From Parcubacteria group bacterium GW2011_GWC1_36_108 (GTDB lineage Bacteria > Patescibacteriota > Minisyncoccia > Moranbacterales > GWC2-37-73), in assembly GCA_000991245.1 (NCBI GenBank), contig LBRD01000001.1, forward strand, positions 135,467 to 177,804: a stretch of 42,338 nt of DNA, written 5' to 3'. The notes under the pieces are model-generated. The model ran no database searches. It saw only the letters and a list, made by a program, of their open reading frames with translations, and was not told the DNA's origin. Shown piece by piece: positions 1 to 9,349 of this stretch; position 1 is the first letter of the stretch; every line of letters begins with the position of its first letter. A program made the translations under genes and the position numbers.

Positions 1-573
1 TTGCATTTCCTGATAACGACCTTCTGGACGTTTTACCAATATTGAAATTATTTCAGGAAATTTTTCTTTTACGTCTCGAATCTGTTCAATGCGATCATCC
101 AGAAAAAATATCTCTTCATTCTTCTCCAGATTATCTTCTGCAATTATTTTACTTATAATTTCAGATTTAAGGTTTTCAGTAACAACAATATTATCCAAAT
201 ATTTACCTATCATAGAACCATCAATTTTTTTATGTTGAAATTCCAAATCGCCATAGGAAACAACATATATATTTTTGGATCCGAGTATATTTGCAAAGTC
301 TACAACGTCCACGAATACATATTTAGAAATATCTAAGACAAATTCATTAATTGCTTCCGTTAATTTGTTTACATCAAAATCCATAACCCTGCCTATGCGC
401 TCTGCCTGCAACCACGGGTTAAATGTTTTAATAGCTCTTTGATCTTTTGGATCAGCATAATATTTTTGAAAAATTTCTTTTGAAACGCCATTTAAATCAA
501 AAAGTGCCTCCAAATCTTCTCTGAATTTTTTCGTGTTAAAAATAACGTCATCAAAATCAATAAATATTTTCAT
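1..573 (-). CDS. HAD-superfamily hydrolase, partial (C-terminus runs off the left window edge)
   Basis: My own translation from the ATG at 573-571 gives MKIFIDFDDVIFNTKKFREDLEALFD... and stays open to position 1. The N-terminal FDFDDV fits HAD motif I (DxDxV/T). It is absent from the ORF track because no stop lies in the window. Confidence 0.55.
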   Translation of the reverse strand, partial: MKIFIDFDDVIFNTKKFREDLEALFDLNGVSKEIFQKYYADPKDQRAIKTFNPWLQAERIGRVMDFDVNKLTEAINEFVLDISKYVFVDVVDFANILGSKNIYVVSYGDLEFQHKKIDGSMIGKYLDNIVVTENLKSEIISKIIAEDNLEKNEEIFFLDDRIEQIRDVKEKFPEIISILVKRPEGRYQEMQ

Positions 574-619
574 ACATTAGTTAAAAAGTTTTTAAGGTTT
601 GTAAGGTTCATAAAGTAAT

Positions 620-1150
620 TCAGGATACACTTTTTAATATTTCCATTGCTATCCAGCCGTACAGTAAACCAAGAATAATTCCCGCCAAAATATCCGAGGG
701 ATAATGCATTCCACTGTGCAAACGTGAAAATGCCATAACCAAAACAAAGATAACGGACAGGAAAAGTAACGAAGGGTAAAAAGCAATGACAACAAAAAGC
801 ATCGCAACGGTGCTTGCCATATGACTTGATGGAAATGAGGAGTCGCTAAATTTTTTTCCAATTGATTTTATCAGATCCGGATATGCAACATATGGGCGTT
901 TCCTTTTAGGAACAAAATACAAAAGCAGGTGCTTCATAATTCCCTCCGTAATACCAAAATGTAAAATTGTAACAATTCCGACAGCCACAAGAAAAGAATT
1001 TATTATTTCCGGATGTTTAATTATTGCAATTATTATAATTGCGACCCAAAAAATTGCAAGAAATCTTATGGAATTAACCAGCGCCAAAAAATCATCGAAA
1101 TTTTTTGAGCCAATCCTGTTAAAATATTGTACGATTTTTATTTCAAACAT
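620..1150 (-). CDS. PAP2-family phosphatase (undecaprenyl-diphosphatase/BcrC-like membrane protein)
   Basis: 176 aa and multi-TM. It carries the three PAP2 motifs: KRKRP (KxxxxxxRP), PSSH and SRLHSGMHYPSD (SRxxxxxHxxxD). Confidence 0.8.
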   Translation of the reverse strand: MFEIKIVQYFNRIGSKNFDDFLALVNSIRFLAIFWVAIIIIAIIKHPEIINSFLVAVGIVTILHFGITEGIMKHLLLYFVPKRKRPYVAYPDLIKSIGKKFSDSSFPSSHMASTVAMLFVVIAFYPSLLFLSVIFVLVMAFSRLHSGMHYPSDILAGIILGLLYGWIAMEILKSVS

Positions 1151-1154
1151 AATT

Positions 1155-2621
1155 TTAAATCACATTTACAATTATCATCCCGACAAGAGCGATCGCCATC
1201 ACTATTACAGCCAACCATCCAAATATTTTTACCCAAAATGGATTTGTCTCATTTCCCATTATCCGCTTATCGCCTCCAATTTTCATTATGATAGCAAGAA
1301 GAGGCAAAGCAATGATTCCATTTAAAAATGCTGACCAATACAAAGCAGAGATGGGATTAATGCCCAAGAAATTCATCGCGAGGCCAACAAAAATAGAAAT
1401 GATAATAACCAAGTAGAAACCTCTGGCCTTGGAAAATTTTTCTTCCAAACCACTGTTCCAACTCATAAGCTCGCTAAGCGCATACGCTCCACTTCCTGCC
1501 AAGATTGGAACTGCCAACAATCCCGTGCCAATGATGCCAATTGCAAAAAGCAAGAAAGCATAATCTCCCGCCAGCGGACGAAGCGCTAGTGCTGCATCTT
1601 GCGCTGAATCAATGTTGGTTATGCCATTTGCAAAAAGAACATTTGCTGTTGTAAGAACAATAAAGAAAAAAACAATATTAGCCAAAATCATTCCAAAATT
1701 AACATCATTGCGCATATTGGAAACTCTTGAATGAACAAATTTTTTCTTGTATCCATTATGATTCATTTTTCCATCTTCGACTTCTTCTGAGGCTTGCCAG
1801 AAAAAAAGATACGGGGTAATAGTGGTTCCAAAAACTGCAATCATAGCAAAAATATATTCTTTAGAAAAAGATATTTGCGGTATGAAGGAATTTTTAAAAA
1901 TAATCGACCAATTTGGATGCGTCATAAAACCTGCAACGATGTACGCAAAAACAGAAAGCGTCAGCCATTTCAAAACTTTCACATAGGTGTGATATTTCAC
2001 AAAAACTTCCAGCAATATTATCACGGCAGCAAAAAATATTGCACCTACAGCATAATTGATATTTGTTACCATTTCGAGAGATGCTGCCATTGCACCAAGA
2101 TCAGCTCCAATGTTCACAACATTCGCAATCATCAAAAGAAGCACTGCGGACATAACCGTTCTTCTTCTAAAATATTTTTTAAGCACTGCAGCCAAACCCT
2201 TGTTTGTAACAATACCAATTCGCGCGCAAGTTTCCTGAATGGCCAACATCATCGGCAAAAGCCAGGCAGCCATCCACAAAATGCTCAGACCGAATTTTGC
2301 ACCAACCGCACTATACGTTCCAATTCCACCTGGATCATCATCAGATGCCCCTGTAATTAATCCCGGGCCCAAGGCTCGCACGAATAAATAAGCTTTTTTA
2401 ATCGGTGTTCCAATAAGTATTTTTGCAACTGCAACTTCCGGAGCTGCAATTCGAAGCGTTCCATCAATTGCTTTTACTGCTTCAACCTCGCCCCAAATAA
2501 TCAATTTTTTCGCCAAAACCAAAGGAATGCCAAGCTCTCTTCGAAATTCAGAAAGAGTCAACATTTTTTCTGGCAAATTCTGCTGAGAAATTTTTTCTGC
2601 TTCTTTTTTTATTTCATCCAC
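1155..2621 (-). CDS. NRAMP-family divalent metal transporter with an N-terminal soluble extension of about 70 aa
   Basis: 488 aa. It has the LGPGLITGASDDDPGGIGTYS signature region of the Nramp/MntH superfamily and about 11 hydrophobic segments. The N-terminus resembles an excisionase-type HTH. Confidence 0.8.
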   Translation of the reverse strand: MDEIKKEAEKISQQNLPEKMLTLSEFRRELGIPLVLAKKLIIWGEVEAVKAIDGTLRIAAPEVAVAKILIGTPIKKAYLFVRALGPGLITGASDDDPGGIGTYSAVGAKFGLSILWMAAWLLPMMLAIQETCARIGIVTNKGLAAVLKKYFRRRTVMSAVLLLMIANVVNIGADLGAMAASLEMVTNINYAVGAIFFAAVIILLEVFVKYHTYVKVLKWLTLSVFAYIVAGFMTHPNWSIIFKNSFIPQISFSKEYIFAMIAVFGTTITPYLFFWQASEEVEDGKMNHNGYKKKFVHSRVSNMRNDVNFGMILANIVFFFIVLTTANVLFANGITNIDSAQDAALALRPLAGDYAFLLFAIGIIGTGLLAVPILAGSGAYALSELMSWNSGLEEKFSKARGFYLVIIISIFVGLAMNFLGINPISALYWSAFLNGIIALPLLAIIMKIGGDKRIMGNETNPFWVKIFGWLAVIVMAIALVGMIIVNVI

Positions 2622-2650
2622 AATTGTTTAAATTTTTTATATTTTAAAGA

Positions 2651-3679
2651 CTAAATAATTTCTTTAATTATACTTTCATATTCGCCAAGCTCCAAAATCA
2701 TCATAAGCACTTTAGCCAACTTGTCACTATCATGACGAATGAAAGCACGTTTACTTGCCAAAATATCACTAGGACTGAAACTAATTTTTTTGCTATTCAA
2801 AATATCACTACGCAAAACTCGATACGTTCTCTTTGAGCGCAAATTGATATCAAATGGAATTAATAATTCTTTTTGACTCTCATATCGCTTAATCAAGTTG
2901 GCGGTTGGTTTCTTGGAATTATATGTAACAAAATCAACTCTTTTTCTTCCTAAATAATAATTTATCGAATCAACATATTCATCCAGAGAGAATGTTTCCG
3001 TGTGGCCGTGCTTATTAACCAAATTACAATTATACACAACAGTTGCTTTTGATTTGCAAATTGCCTGAGATATTCCCTTTACCAATAAATTGGGTATGAT
3101 ACTACAATAATGATTCCCTGGACCAATAACGATTAAATCTGCTTCCAAAATACTTTTAATTGCTTTTTTATTTGCCTGGGCTGTTGGCATTAAGAAATTT
3201 TTCTCAATGCCGATTGTTTCAATCTTGTGATTATGATTAATTTCATTTTCACCCTTAAGCAATTTTCCATTTTTTAATTCCATAAACAAATTAGTATCCT
3301 GATTTGTAACAGGAATAACTTGCCCTTTCACATTTAAAATCTTTATCGCTTCCTCAACCCCCTTACTAAAATTTCCACTTGTTTTTTCCAGAGCAGACAA
3401 AAATAAATTTCCAAAACTATGTCCTTTGAGTCCACCTTCTTCAAAGCGATAATTCATCAATTCTCGAAGTGCCTCGGATGAATCACTAAGCGCCACCAAA
3501 CATTGCCTAACATCCCCTGGAGGAAGAACTCCCAATTCATCTCGCAACACTCCGGTTGAACCACCATCATCTGCCATTGAAACAATCGCCGAAATATCCA
3601 CTGGATATTTTTTCAGTCCACTAAGCAACATAAAGCTTCCTGTGCCTCCACCAATTGTAACAACCTTTTTTCTTTGCAT
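2651..3679 (-). CDS. yvcK: YvcK/CofD-like (UPF0052, gluconeogenesis-factor family) protein
   Basis: 342 aa. The N-terminal VVTIGGGTGSFMLLSGLK glycine loop and the downstream DDGGSTG motif are typical of the YvcK/CofD family. Confidence 0.75.
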   Translation of the reverse strand: MQRKKVVTIGGGTGSFMLLSGLKKYPVDISAIVSMADDGGSTGVLRDELGVLPPGDVRQCLVALSDSSEALRELMNYRFEEGGLKGHSFGNLFLSALEKTSGNFSKGVEEAIKILNVKGQVIPVTNQDTNLFMELKNGKLLKGENEINHNHKIETIGIEKNFLMPTAQANKKAIKSILEADLIVIGPGNHYCSIIPNLLVKGISQAICKSKATVVYNCNLVNKHGHTETFSLDEYVDSINYYLGRKRVDFVTYNSKKPTANLIKRYESQKELLIPFDINLRSKRTYRVLRSDILNSKKISFSPSDILASKRAFIRHDSDKLAKVLMMILELGEYESIIKEII

Positions 3680-3687
3680 AAATCTAT

Positions 3688-4368
3688 TTAAATAAATCTA
3701 CCTATTTCTGTTTTAACTTTTTCCAGATCAGCAGGATTGCCAATTGGAAACCAATCAATTGTCTTTTCAACTTTCACTTGATAATCTTTAGTCATCAACG
3801 CCAAAGTTTGCGGCAAACCATATTCCCCATTTCCAATAGAAACTAATGGATAATCAAAAAAATTTTTGTTTAATTTATAAAGACCAATATTGGCTAATGC
3901 CGGACCAGCCATTTTGGGTTTCTCTATAATTTTCAAAAGATTTTTATTTTCATCTGATAATATAATCCCAAATTTATTTGGATTATTAACCTCAAACCCT
4001 AACACAGCCAAATCATTTTTCATACAATTTTCAATATCACCCTTCACATACAAATCATCACCCATCATAACCAAAAAATCATCCACTACTAAATCTTTAA
4101 CTAAATGTACCGCACCGCCCGTTCCATTCAACTGCTCCTGTACAACATAAGAAATTTTTTTACCAGCATACGAATCTCCAAAATATTGCTGGATTTGATT
4201 TCCCAAATATCCAATGACAAAAATAACCTCCTTAATTTCAGCAGGAAGTGCTTCCAACTTATAAGCAAGGATTGGTTTACCGTTTATTTCCAACATTGGC
4301 TTGGGAACGTCATCAGTAAGTTCGTTCATTCTTGTTCCGCGACCAGCAGCTAATATTACTATTTGCAT
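3688..4368 (-). CDS. Sugar-phosphate nucleotidyltransferase (NTP_transferase family)
   Basis: 226 aa. It has the N-terminal ILAAGRGTRM...PKPML signature of glucose/mannose-1-phosphate nucleotidyltransferases. Confidence 0.75.
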   Translation of the reverse strand: MQIVILAAGRGTRMNELTDDVPKPMLEINGKPILAYKLEALPAEIKEVIFVIGYLGNQIQQYFGDSYAGKKISYVVQEQLNGTGGAVHLVKDLVVDDFLVMMGDDLYVKGDIENCMKNDLAVLGFEVNNPNKFGIILSDENKNLLKIIEKPKMAGPALANIGLYKLNKNFFDYPLVSIGNGEYGLPQTLALMTKDYQVKVEKTIDWFPIGNPADLEKVKTEIGRFI

Positions 4369-4416
4369 TTTTATTTTTACTTAAAAATATACAACTGGGT
4401 ATGAGTGAGAATACTT

Positions 4417-6954
4417 TTAAATCACAACAATATTAATCAATTTTCCCGGAACAAAGATAATTTTCTTTATTTCTTTTCCATCAGTAAAAACCTTAACCTT
4501 ATCACTTTCAAGTGCTGTTTCTTTCGCTTCATCTTCAGTGACATCATTCGCCACCATCAAACGTTCACGCACTTTTCCATTCACTTGCACAACCATTTCA
4601 ATTTCTTCATCCTGCAAATATTTTTCATCAACCTTAGGCCAGTCCTGCAAGAAGATGGATTCTTTATGTCCAATTTTTTCCCAAAGTTCTTCAGTGATAT
4701 GCGGAGCAAACGAACTCAAAAGGGTTAGAAGTGTTTCATAATGTGATACTGAAATAGATGGTTCTTTTTCCATTGCATTAACCAGAATCATCATCGCAGA
4801 TATGGCCGTGTTAAATCTAAAATTTTCAATATCCTCAGTAACCTTTTTAATCGTTTTGTGAAGAAGTGAAGTTATTTTTTTATCACTTGCTATATTATCA
4901 ATTGTCGTTTTTTCTTGTAAATTCCAAACCTTATCCAAAAATCTTCGCACGCCACTTACCCCAGAGGTACTCCAGGCAATACTTTGAGTGAATGGTCCCA
5001 TAAACATTTCATACAAGCGCATCGCATCAGCGCCAAATTCACCAATAATTTCATCAGGATTAACAACATTATTCCAACGCTTACTCATTTTTCTTCCATC
5101 TTCAGCCATGATAAGTCCTACGTGTAATAATTTTTTAAACGGTTCAATTGTTGAAACCACTCCAATGTCGTATAAAAACTTATGCCAAAAACGTGCATAC
5201 AGGAGATGACGCGTAGCGTGTTCAGCACCACCAACATACAAATCAACTGGCATCCACTCTTTCTCAAGTTCTTTATTAACTAATTCCTTATCATTTTTTG
5301 GATCAATATATCGCAAATAATACCAAGAAGATCCTCCCCATTGTGGCATAGTATTTGTTTCCCTTTTCCCTGGTCCTCCACATTTTGGACAAATAGTATT
5401 CACCCAATCAGTGATTGCTGCAAGCGGACTTTCTCCTGTACCAGTCGGTTCATAATTTTCAACGTCAGGAAGCATCACTGGCAATTGCTGCTCAGGAACT
5501 GCAACAGCTCCACATTTTTCACAATGAACAATTGGGATTGGCTCCCCCCAATAACGCTGACGAGAATACACCCAATCGCGCATTTTATAATTAACTTTTC
5601 TTTTTCCAATTTTTTCTTTTTCCAACCAATCAGCCATTTTTTCCCGCGCCTGTTTGGAAGTTAATATAGAGTAACTGCCTGAATTTATCAGTATACCATC
5701 AACAGTATATGCCCTTTTAGAAATTATTTGACTAGCCAAAATAGATCTAATGCATTCATCATTCGTATCGTTCAAAATCTGCGCCTTTAACATTTCAATT
5801 CCCTCATATGTCTGTCCGTCAGGTTTACCAAGCAAGGGTTTTCTATTCCGGCCATATTCAGGAATAATTGTATATTTTATTTGAAGCTCTTTTTTATTTG
5901 CGAATTCAAAATCCCTTTCATCATGCGCCGGCACTGCCATTACTGCACCTGTGCCATATCCACCAATAACATAATCAGCCACAAAAAGCGGGACAGCCTC
6001 ATTAGTAAAAGGATTTATAACATTAATCCCCTCTAATTTTTTGCCAGTTTTTTCTTTTTGCAATTCAGTTCTTTCAAGATTTGTTTTTTTGTTTGCATCA
6101 GCAACGTATTGTGCAACCTCTGCATAATTTGAAATTTTGTCTTTGAGTTTTTCAATAATTGGATGCTCTGGAGCAACCACAGCATAGGTAATTCCAAAAG
6201 CAGTATCAATTCTGGTAGTATAAACTTCAATTTTTTCATCACTATCCTTAATTTTCATTTCAAATTGAACACCTTCACTTCTTCCAATCCAATTCTTTTG
6301 CTGATCAACAATCATATCTTCCCAATCCAATTCTGAACTATCCAAATCGTACAATAATCTATCAGCATAATCTGTCATTTTTAAAACCCATTGTCTCATC
6401 GGTTTTTGCTCAACTTCACTGCCACAACGTTCACATTTTCCATCCTCCAAATCCTCATTGGAAAGTCCGGTCTTGCAACTTGGACACCAATTGATCGGTG
6501 CATTTGATTCATAGGCCAACCCTTTTTCAAAAAGTTTCAAAAATATCCATTGCGTCCATTTATAATATTGAGGATCAGTTGTGTTAATTTCTCTATCCCA
6601 ATCATAAGTAAAACCAAACATCTCTAATTGTTTCTTATAATTCGCAATACTTTTAGCTGTAAAAATATTAGGATTGGTTTTATTTTTTATAGCATAATTT
6701 TCTGCTGGCAAACCAAAAGCATCCCACCCCATTGGATGAAGCACACTATATCCATTAAGCATCTTAAACCGACTCACAACATCAGTTGCGATATATCCTT
6801 TCGGATGACCCACATGCAACCCCACACCAGATGGATACGGAAACATATCCAGAGCATAGAATTTTTTCTCGCGAGAATAATTTTTATAAGTTCCATTATC
6901 CTCCCAATATTTTTGCCATTTTTTTTCAATGTCGCTTGGTATATATTTTTCCAT
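4417..6954 (-). CDS. leuS: Leucyl-tRNA synthetase
   Basis: 845 aa with class I motifs: HVGHPKGY (HIGH-like) and KMSKRWNN (KMSKS). Overall LeuS architecture. Confidence 0.97.
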   Translation of the reverse strand: MEKYIPSDIEKKWQKYWEDNGTYKNYSREKKFYALDMFPYPSGVGLHVGHPKGYIATDVVSRFKMLNGYSVLHPMGWDAFGLPAENYAIKNKTNPNIFTAKSIANYKKQLEMFGFTYDWDREINTTDPQYYKWTQWIFLKLFEKGLAYESNAPINWCPSCKTGLSNEDLEDGKCERCGSEVEQKPMRQWVLKMTDYADRLLYDLDSSELDWEDMIVDQQKNWIGRSEGVQFEMKIKDSDEKIEVYTTRIDTAFGITYAVVAPEHPIIEKLKDKISNYAEVAQYVADANKKTNLERTELQKEKTGKKLEGINVINPFTNEAVPLFVADYVIGGYGTGAVMAVPAHDERDFEFANKKELQIKYTIIPEYGRNRKPLLGKPDGQTYEGIEMLKAQILNDTNDECIRSILASQIISKRAYTVDGILINSGSYSILTSKQAREKMADWLEKEKIGKRKVNYKMRDWVYSRQRYWGEPIPIVHCEKCGAVAVPEQQLPVMLPDVENYEPTGTGESPLAAITDWVNTICPKCGGPGKRETNTMPQWGGSSWYYLRYIDPKNDKELVNKELEKEWMPVDLYVGGAEHATRHLLYARFWHKFLYDIGVVSTIEPFKKLLHVGLIMAEDGRKMSKRWNNVVNPDEIIGEFGADAMRLYEMFMGPFTQSIAWSTSGVSGVRRFLDKVWNLQEKTTIDNIASDKKITSLLHKTIKKVTEDIENFRFNTAISAMMILVNAMEKEPSISVSHYETLLTLLSSFAPHITEELWEKIGHKESIFLQDWPKVDEKYLQDEEIEMVVQVNGKVRERLMVANDVTEDEAKETALESDKVKVFTDGKEIKKIIFVPGKLINIVVI

Positions 6955-7001
6955 AGGTCTACAAACTTACAAAATTATACAAAAATACAAAACAAAAAAG
7001 A

Positions 7002-7100
7002 GTAATCGTATTGTTTATTTTTACACTTAAAACAAGTCTCCTTGGTGTTATGTCAAAAGTTGCAATTGTTTTTCTGTGAAAAAATAAACAATACAATTAC
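7002..7100. repeat. Copy 1 of a long-hairpin element with conserved core (second copy at 23654-23748)
   Basis: The arms at 7002-7026 and 7076-7100 are complementary (about 22 of 25). They enclose a 49-nt core, ttaaaacaagtctccttggtgttatgtcaaaagttgcaattgtttttct. The element lies between a folD terminator-like hairpin and the leuS -10 box. Confidence 0.8.
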
Positions 7101-7187
7101 GACAATCCATTTTTTTAGAAGAAAGACAAAAAAACAACCCTTATTAAGTTGTTTTTATAATATCATACAATATACGCAAGATCAATA

Positions 7188-8030
7188 CTATTTTTCCTTT
7201 TGTTGAGCCTCAAAGGCTAAAAAAGTGTTTTCTAAAAGACAAGCAATCGTGAGTGGTCCAACCCCACCTGGAACAGGCGTGATGAAACCAGAAAGAGCTT
7301 CTGTTGAAGCAAAATCAACATCTCCCAAAACACTGTCGCCCACTTTTTCAATACCACCATCAACAATAATAGAGCCATCTTTAAACATTTGACCCCCAAG
7401 AAGCCCTGGCGAGCCCACAGCGCTTACCACGATATCTGCACCCTTAATTTCCCCGAGTTTCGAAGGTATATTTTCAGTCAAAACATACCCTGAAGCTATA
7501 TTTTGACGCTCAAGCATCGCGCTCATTATTTGCCCAAATTCAGCTGAATTTGAAATTACGATACCAGTTTTTCCATTTAATTTTTCACCAGCACTTTCAA
7601 TTAAATGCATGATTGCACGGGGAAAAACTGGTAAAATACCAGTTTCACCTTTCAAGAAAAGTTCAGTGTTTGTCGGATGAAATCCATCAACATCTTTTTT
7701 AGGATCAATACTTGATATGATTTTTTGCGTATCAAAATTTTTCGGCAAAGGAAGTTGCACGATTATACCATTAACACTGTCATCAGCATTAAGTTTTTCA
7801 ATTTGAGATAAAATATTTTCCTGAGAAACATTTTCAGAAAAATCATAGCGAACAAAATTCATGCCAATTTCCTTGGCCTTTTTTTCTTTAAGATTTACAT
7901 ACAACTGCGATGCCTCATCCTTGCCCACCAAGATGACAGCCAATTCTGGTTTTTGAGCACACATTAAAATATCGTTTTTCAAACGATTTAATATTTTTTC
8001 CGCCACCGGTTTTCCGTAAAGTAATTCCAT
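7188..8030 (-). CDS. folD: Bifunctional methylenetetrahydrofolate dehydrogenase/cyclohydrolase
   Basis: 280 aa. The start MELLYGKPVAEKI, the NAD(P) fold GKTGIVISNS and PVPGGVGPLTIA are canonical FolD features. Confidence 0.95.
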   Translation of the reverse strand: MELLYGKPVAEKILNRLKNDILMCAQKPELAVILVGKDEASQLYVNLKEKKAKEIGMNFVRYDFSENVSQENILSQIEKLNADDSVNGIIVQLPLPKNFDTQKIISSIDPKKDVDGFHPTNTELFLKGETGILPVFPRAIMHLIESAGEKLNGKTGIVISNSAEFGQIMSAMLERQNIASGYVLTENIPSKLGEIKGADIVVSAVGSPGLLGGQMFKDGSIIVDGGIEKVGDSVLGDVDFASTEALSGFITPVPGGVGPLTIACLLENTFLAFEAQQKEK

Positions 8031-8066
8031 TCCTCAAAGATAAAAGAGTTAAAAAAAAAGACTCTT

Positions 8067-9296
8067 TTATTTATACCTCAAAGCATCCAATGGGTCAATC
8101 TTGCTAGCACGACGTGCTGGAACAAGTCCAGTGAAGAATCCGACAATCCCGGAAAAGGCCAGAATTGCGAGAATAAACCAAGTAGGACTATAAAAAAGAC
8201 TCACTGATTGTCCACCAAATCTCACTGCTACCATATTAATGATGACGTTGAATCCTTGTCCTCCAAGCCAGCCAATTGCAACTCCGGCGCAACCACCCAA
8301 GAATCCCATAATTGCAGATTCCATAAAAAACATAACGGAAATACCCATATCGGAAGCTCCGATCGACTTCATAATTCCAATTTCTTCCGTTCTTTCAAGC
8401 AGTGTGATTGTCATTGTATTAAACATACCAATAGCAGAAACAACCAAAGCAATAATTCCAAAAAGCATCAGGATTATCTGCACGACTTTAAAAATTTGGT
8501 TTGCTTGATCAACAGTGTCAGAAAGAGATGAAACCAAAAGGCCATATTCCAAAATTGCATCTCGAATAATACCCATTTCCCCATTTGATTTTGTCTTAAC
8601 TTTAACCTGTCCATATTTATCAATTTTCAAATCATTAAGAGATGCTTTGTTGACGTATACAACGTTGTCCTCGCCTTCAATAACTCCAATAATTTTGTAT
8701 CGTATTTCACTGTCAACTTTTTCAAAATCACTTTGCGATTGAGCATCAGAAGTGTTGCCCGCGTCATCAACAGTGGCAGCAGCTCTTGGCACAAAAAACG
8801 AAAATGTCATATCCTTTCCAAGCATTTCATCAACAGTTTTACCAAAAACTTGTCCAACTGCGCTGCTTATAACAATGCCGTTTTGATTATCATCGCTAAG
8901 CAGCACACCCTTGCTTGGTTTGTATCCACCCAATTTCAAAAACGAAGGCTTGGAACCGATAGTAACCAAGTCAGCAGAAAGATCATCCAGATGTCCTTGT
9001 GTGGTAATTTGAAAGGCGGGACTCACATCTTCAACCCCTGGCATAGCTTCGATTTTTTTGATCATTTCATTATCCAAAGAAACAATTCCTGATTTTGCCT
9101 CAGAAATATCCAAAGTCAAAAGAGAATCCGATGTTGTGATTCTTTCCAGCAAAGTCTTTTGAAGTCCATAACCCAAAGAAACCAAAAACAAAATAGCACC
9201 AATACCAATACTCATACCCAAAACAGTCAAAAGCGTTCGAGAAGTTCTCGCTTTAAACATTCTGGTTGATAATTTGAACAAATCTATAAATCTCAT
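8067..9296 (-). CDS. ABC transporter permease, MacB/FtsX-like
   Basis: 409 aa. It has an N-terminal TM, a large extracytoplasmic domain, and a C-terminal FtsX-type 3-TM bundle ending in PARRASKIDPLDALRY. Confidence 0.85.
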   Translation of the reverse strand: MRFIDLFKLSTRMFKARTSRTLLTVLGMSIGIGAILFLVSLGYGLQKTLLERITTSDSLLTLDISEAKSGIVSLDNEMIKKIEAMPGVEDVSPAFQITTQGHLDDLSADLVTIGSKPSFLKLGGYKPSKGVLLSDDNQNGIVISSAVGQVFGKTVDEMLGKDMTFSFFVPRAAATVDDAGNTSDAQSQSDFEKVDSEIRYKIIGVIEGEDNVVYVNKASLNDLKIDKYGQVKVKTKSNGEMGIIRDAILEYGLLVSSLSDTVDQANQIFKVVQIILMLFGIIALVVSAIGMFNTMTITLLERTEEIGIMKSIGASDMGISVMFFMESAIMGFLGGCAGVAIGWLGGQGFNVIINMVAVRFGGQSVSLFYSPTWFILAILAFSGIVGFFTGLVPARRASKIDPLDALRYK

Positions 9297-9349
9297 ATTT
9301 TATTTTTTTGTAATTTCCTACTTTTGTAAATTTTTGTATGTTTGCAAGC

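Noticed and set aside
385-418. G+C-rich patch ccctgcctatgcgctctgcctgc in the HAD gene, as a possible further copy of the palindromic mini-element.
   Set aside because: It contains two direct CTGCC words but no complementary arm, so it is not hairpin-capable. It may be a decayed relative, but I cannot support that.
1794-2360. Long plus-strand ORFs antisense to minus-strand genes. Examples in the ORF track are 1794-2360, 8733-9092, 9968-10492, 14031-14648, 15029-15427, 20003-20482, 29818-30243 and 35407-35955.
   Set aside because: Each lies entirely inside a well-supported minus-strand gene. Their products are low-complexity, Ser/Phe/Ile/Arg-rich sequences with no motifs or RBS. These are typical shadow ORFs.
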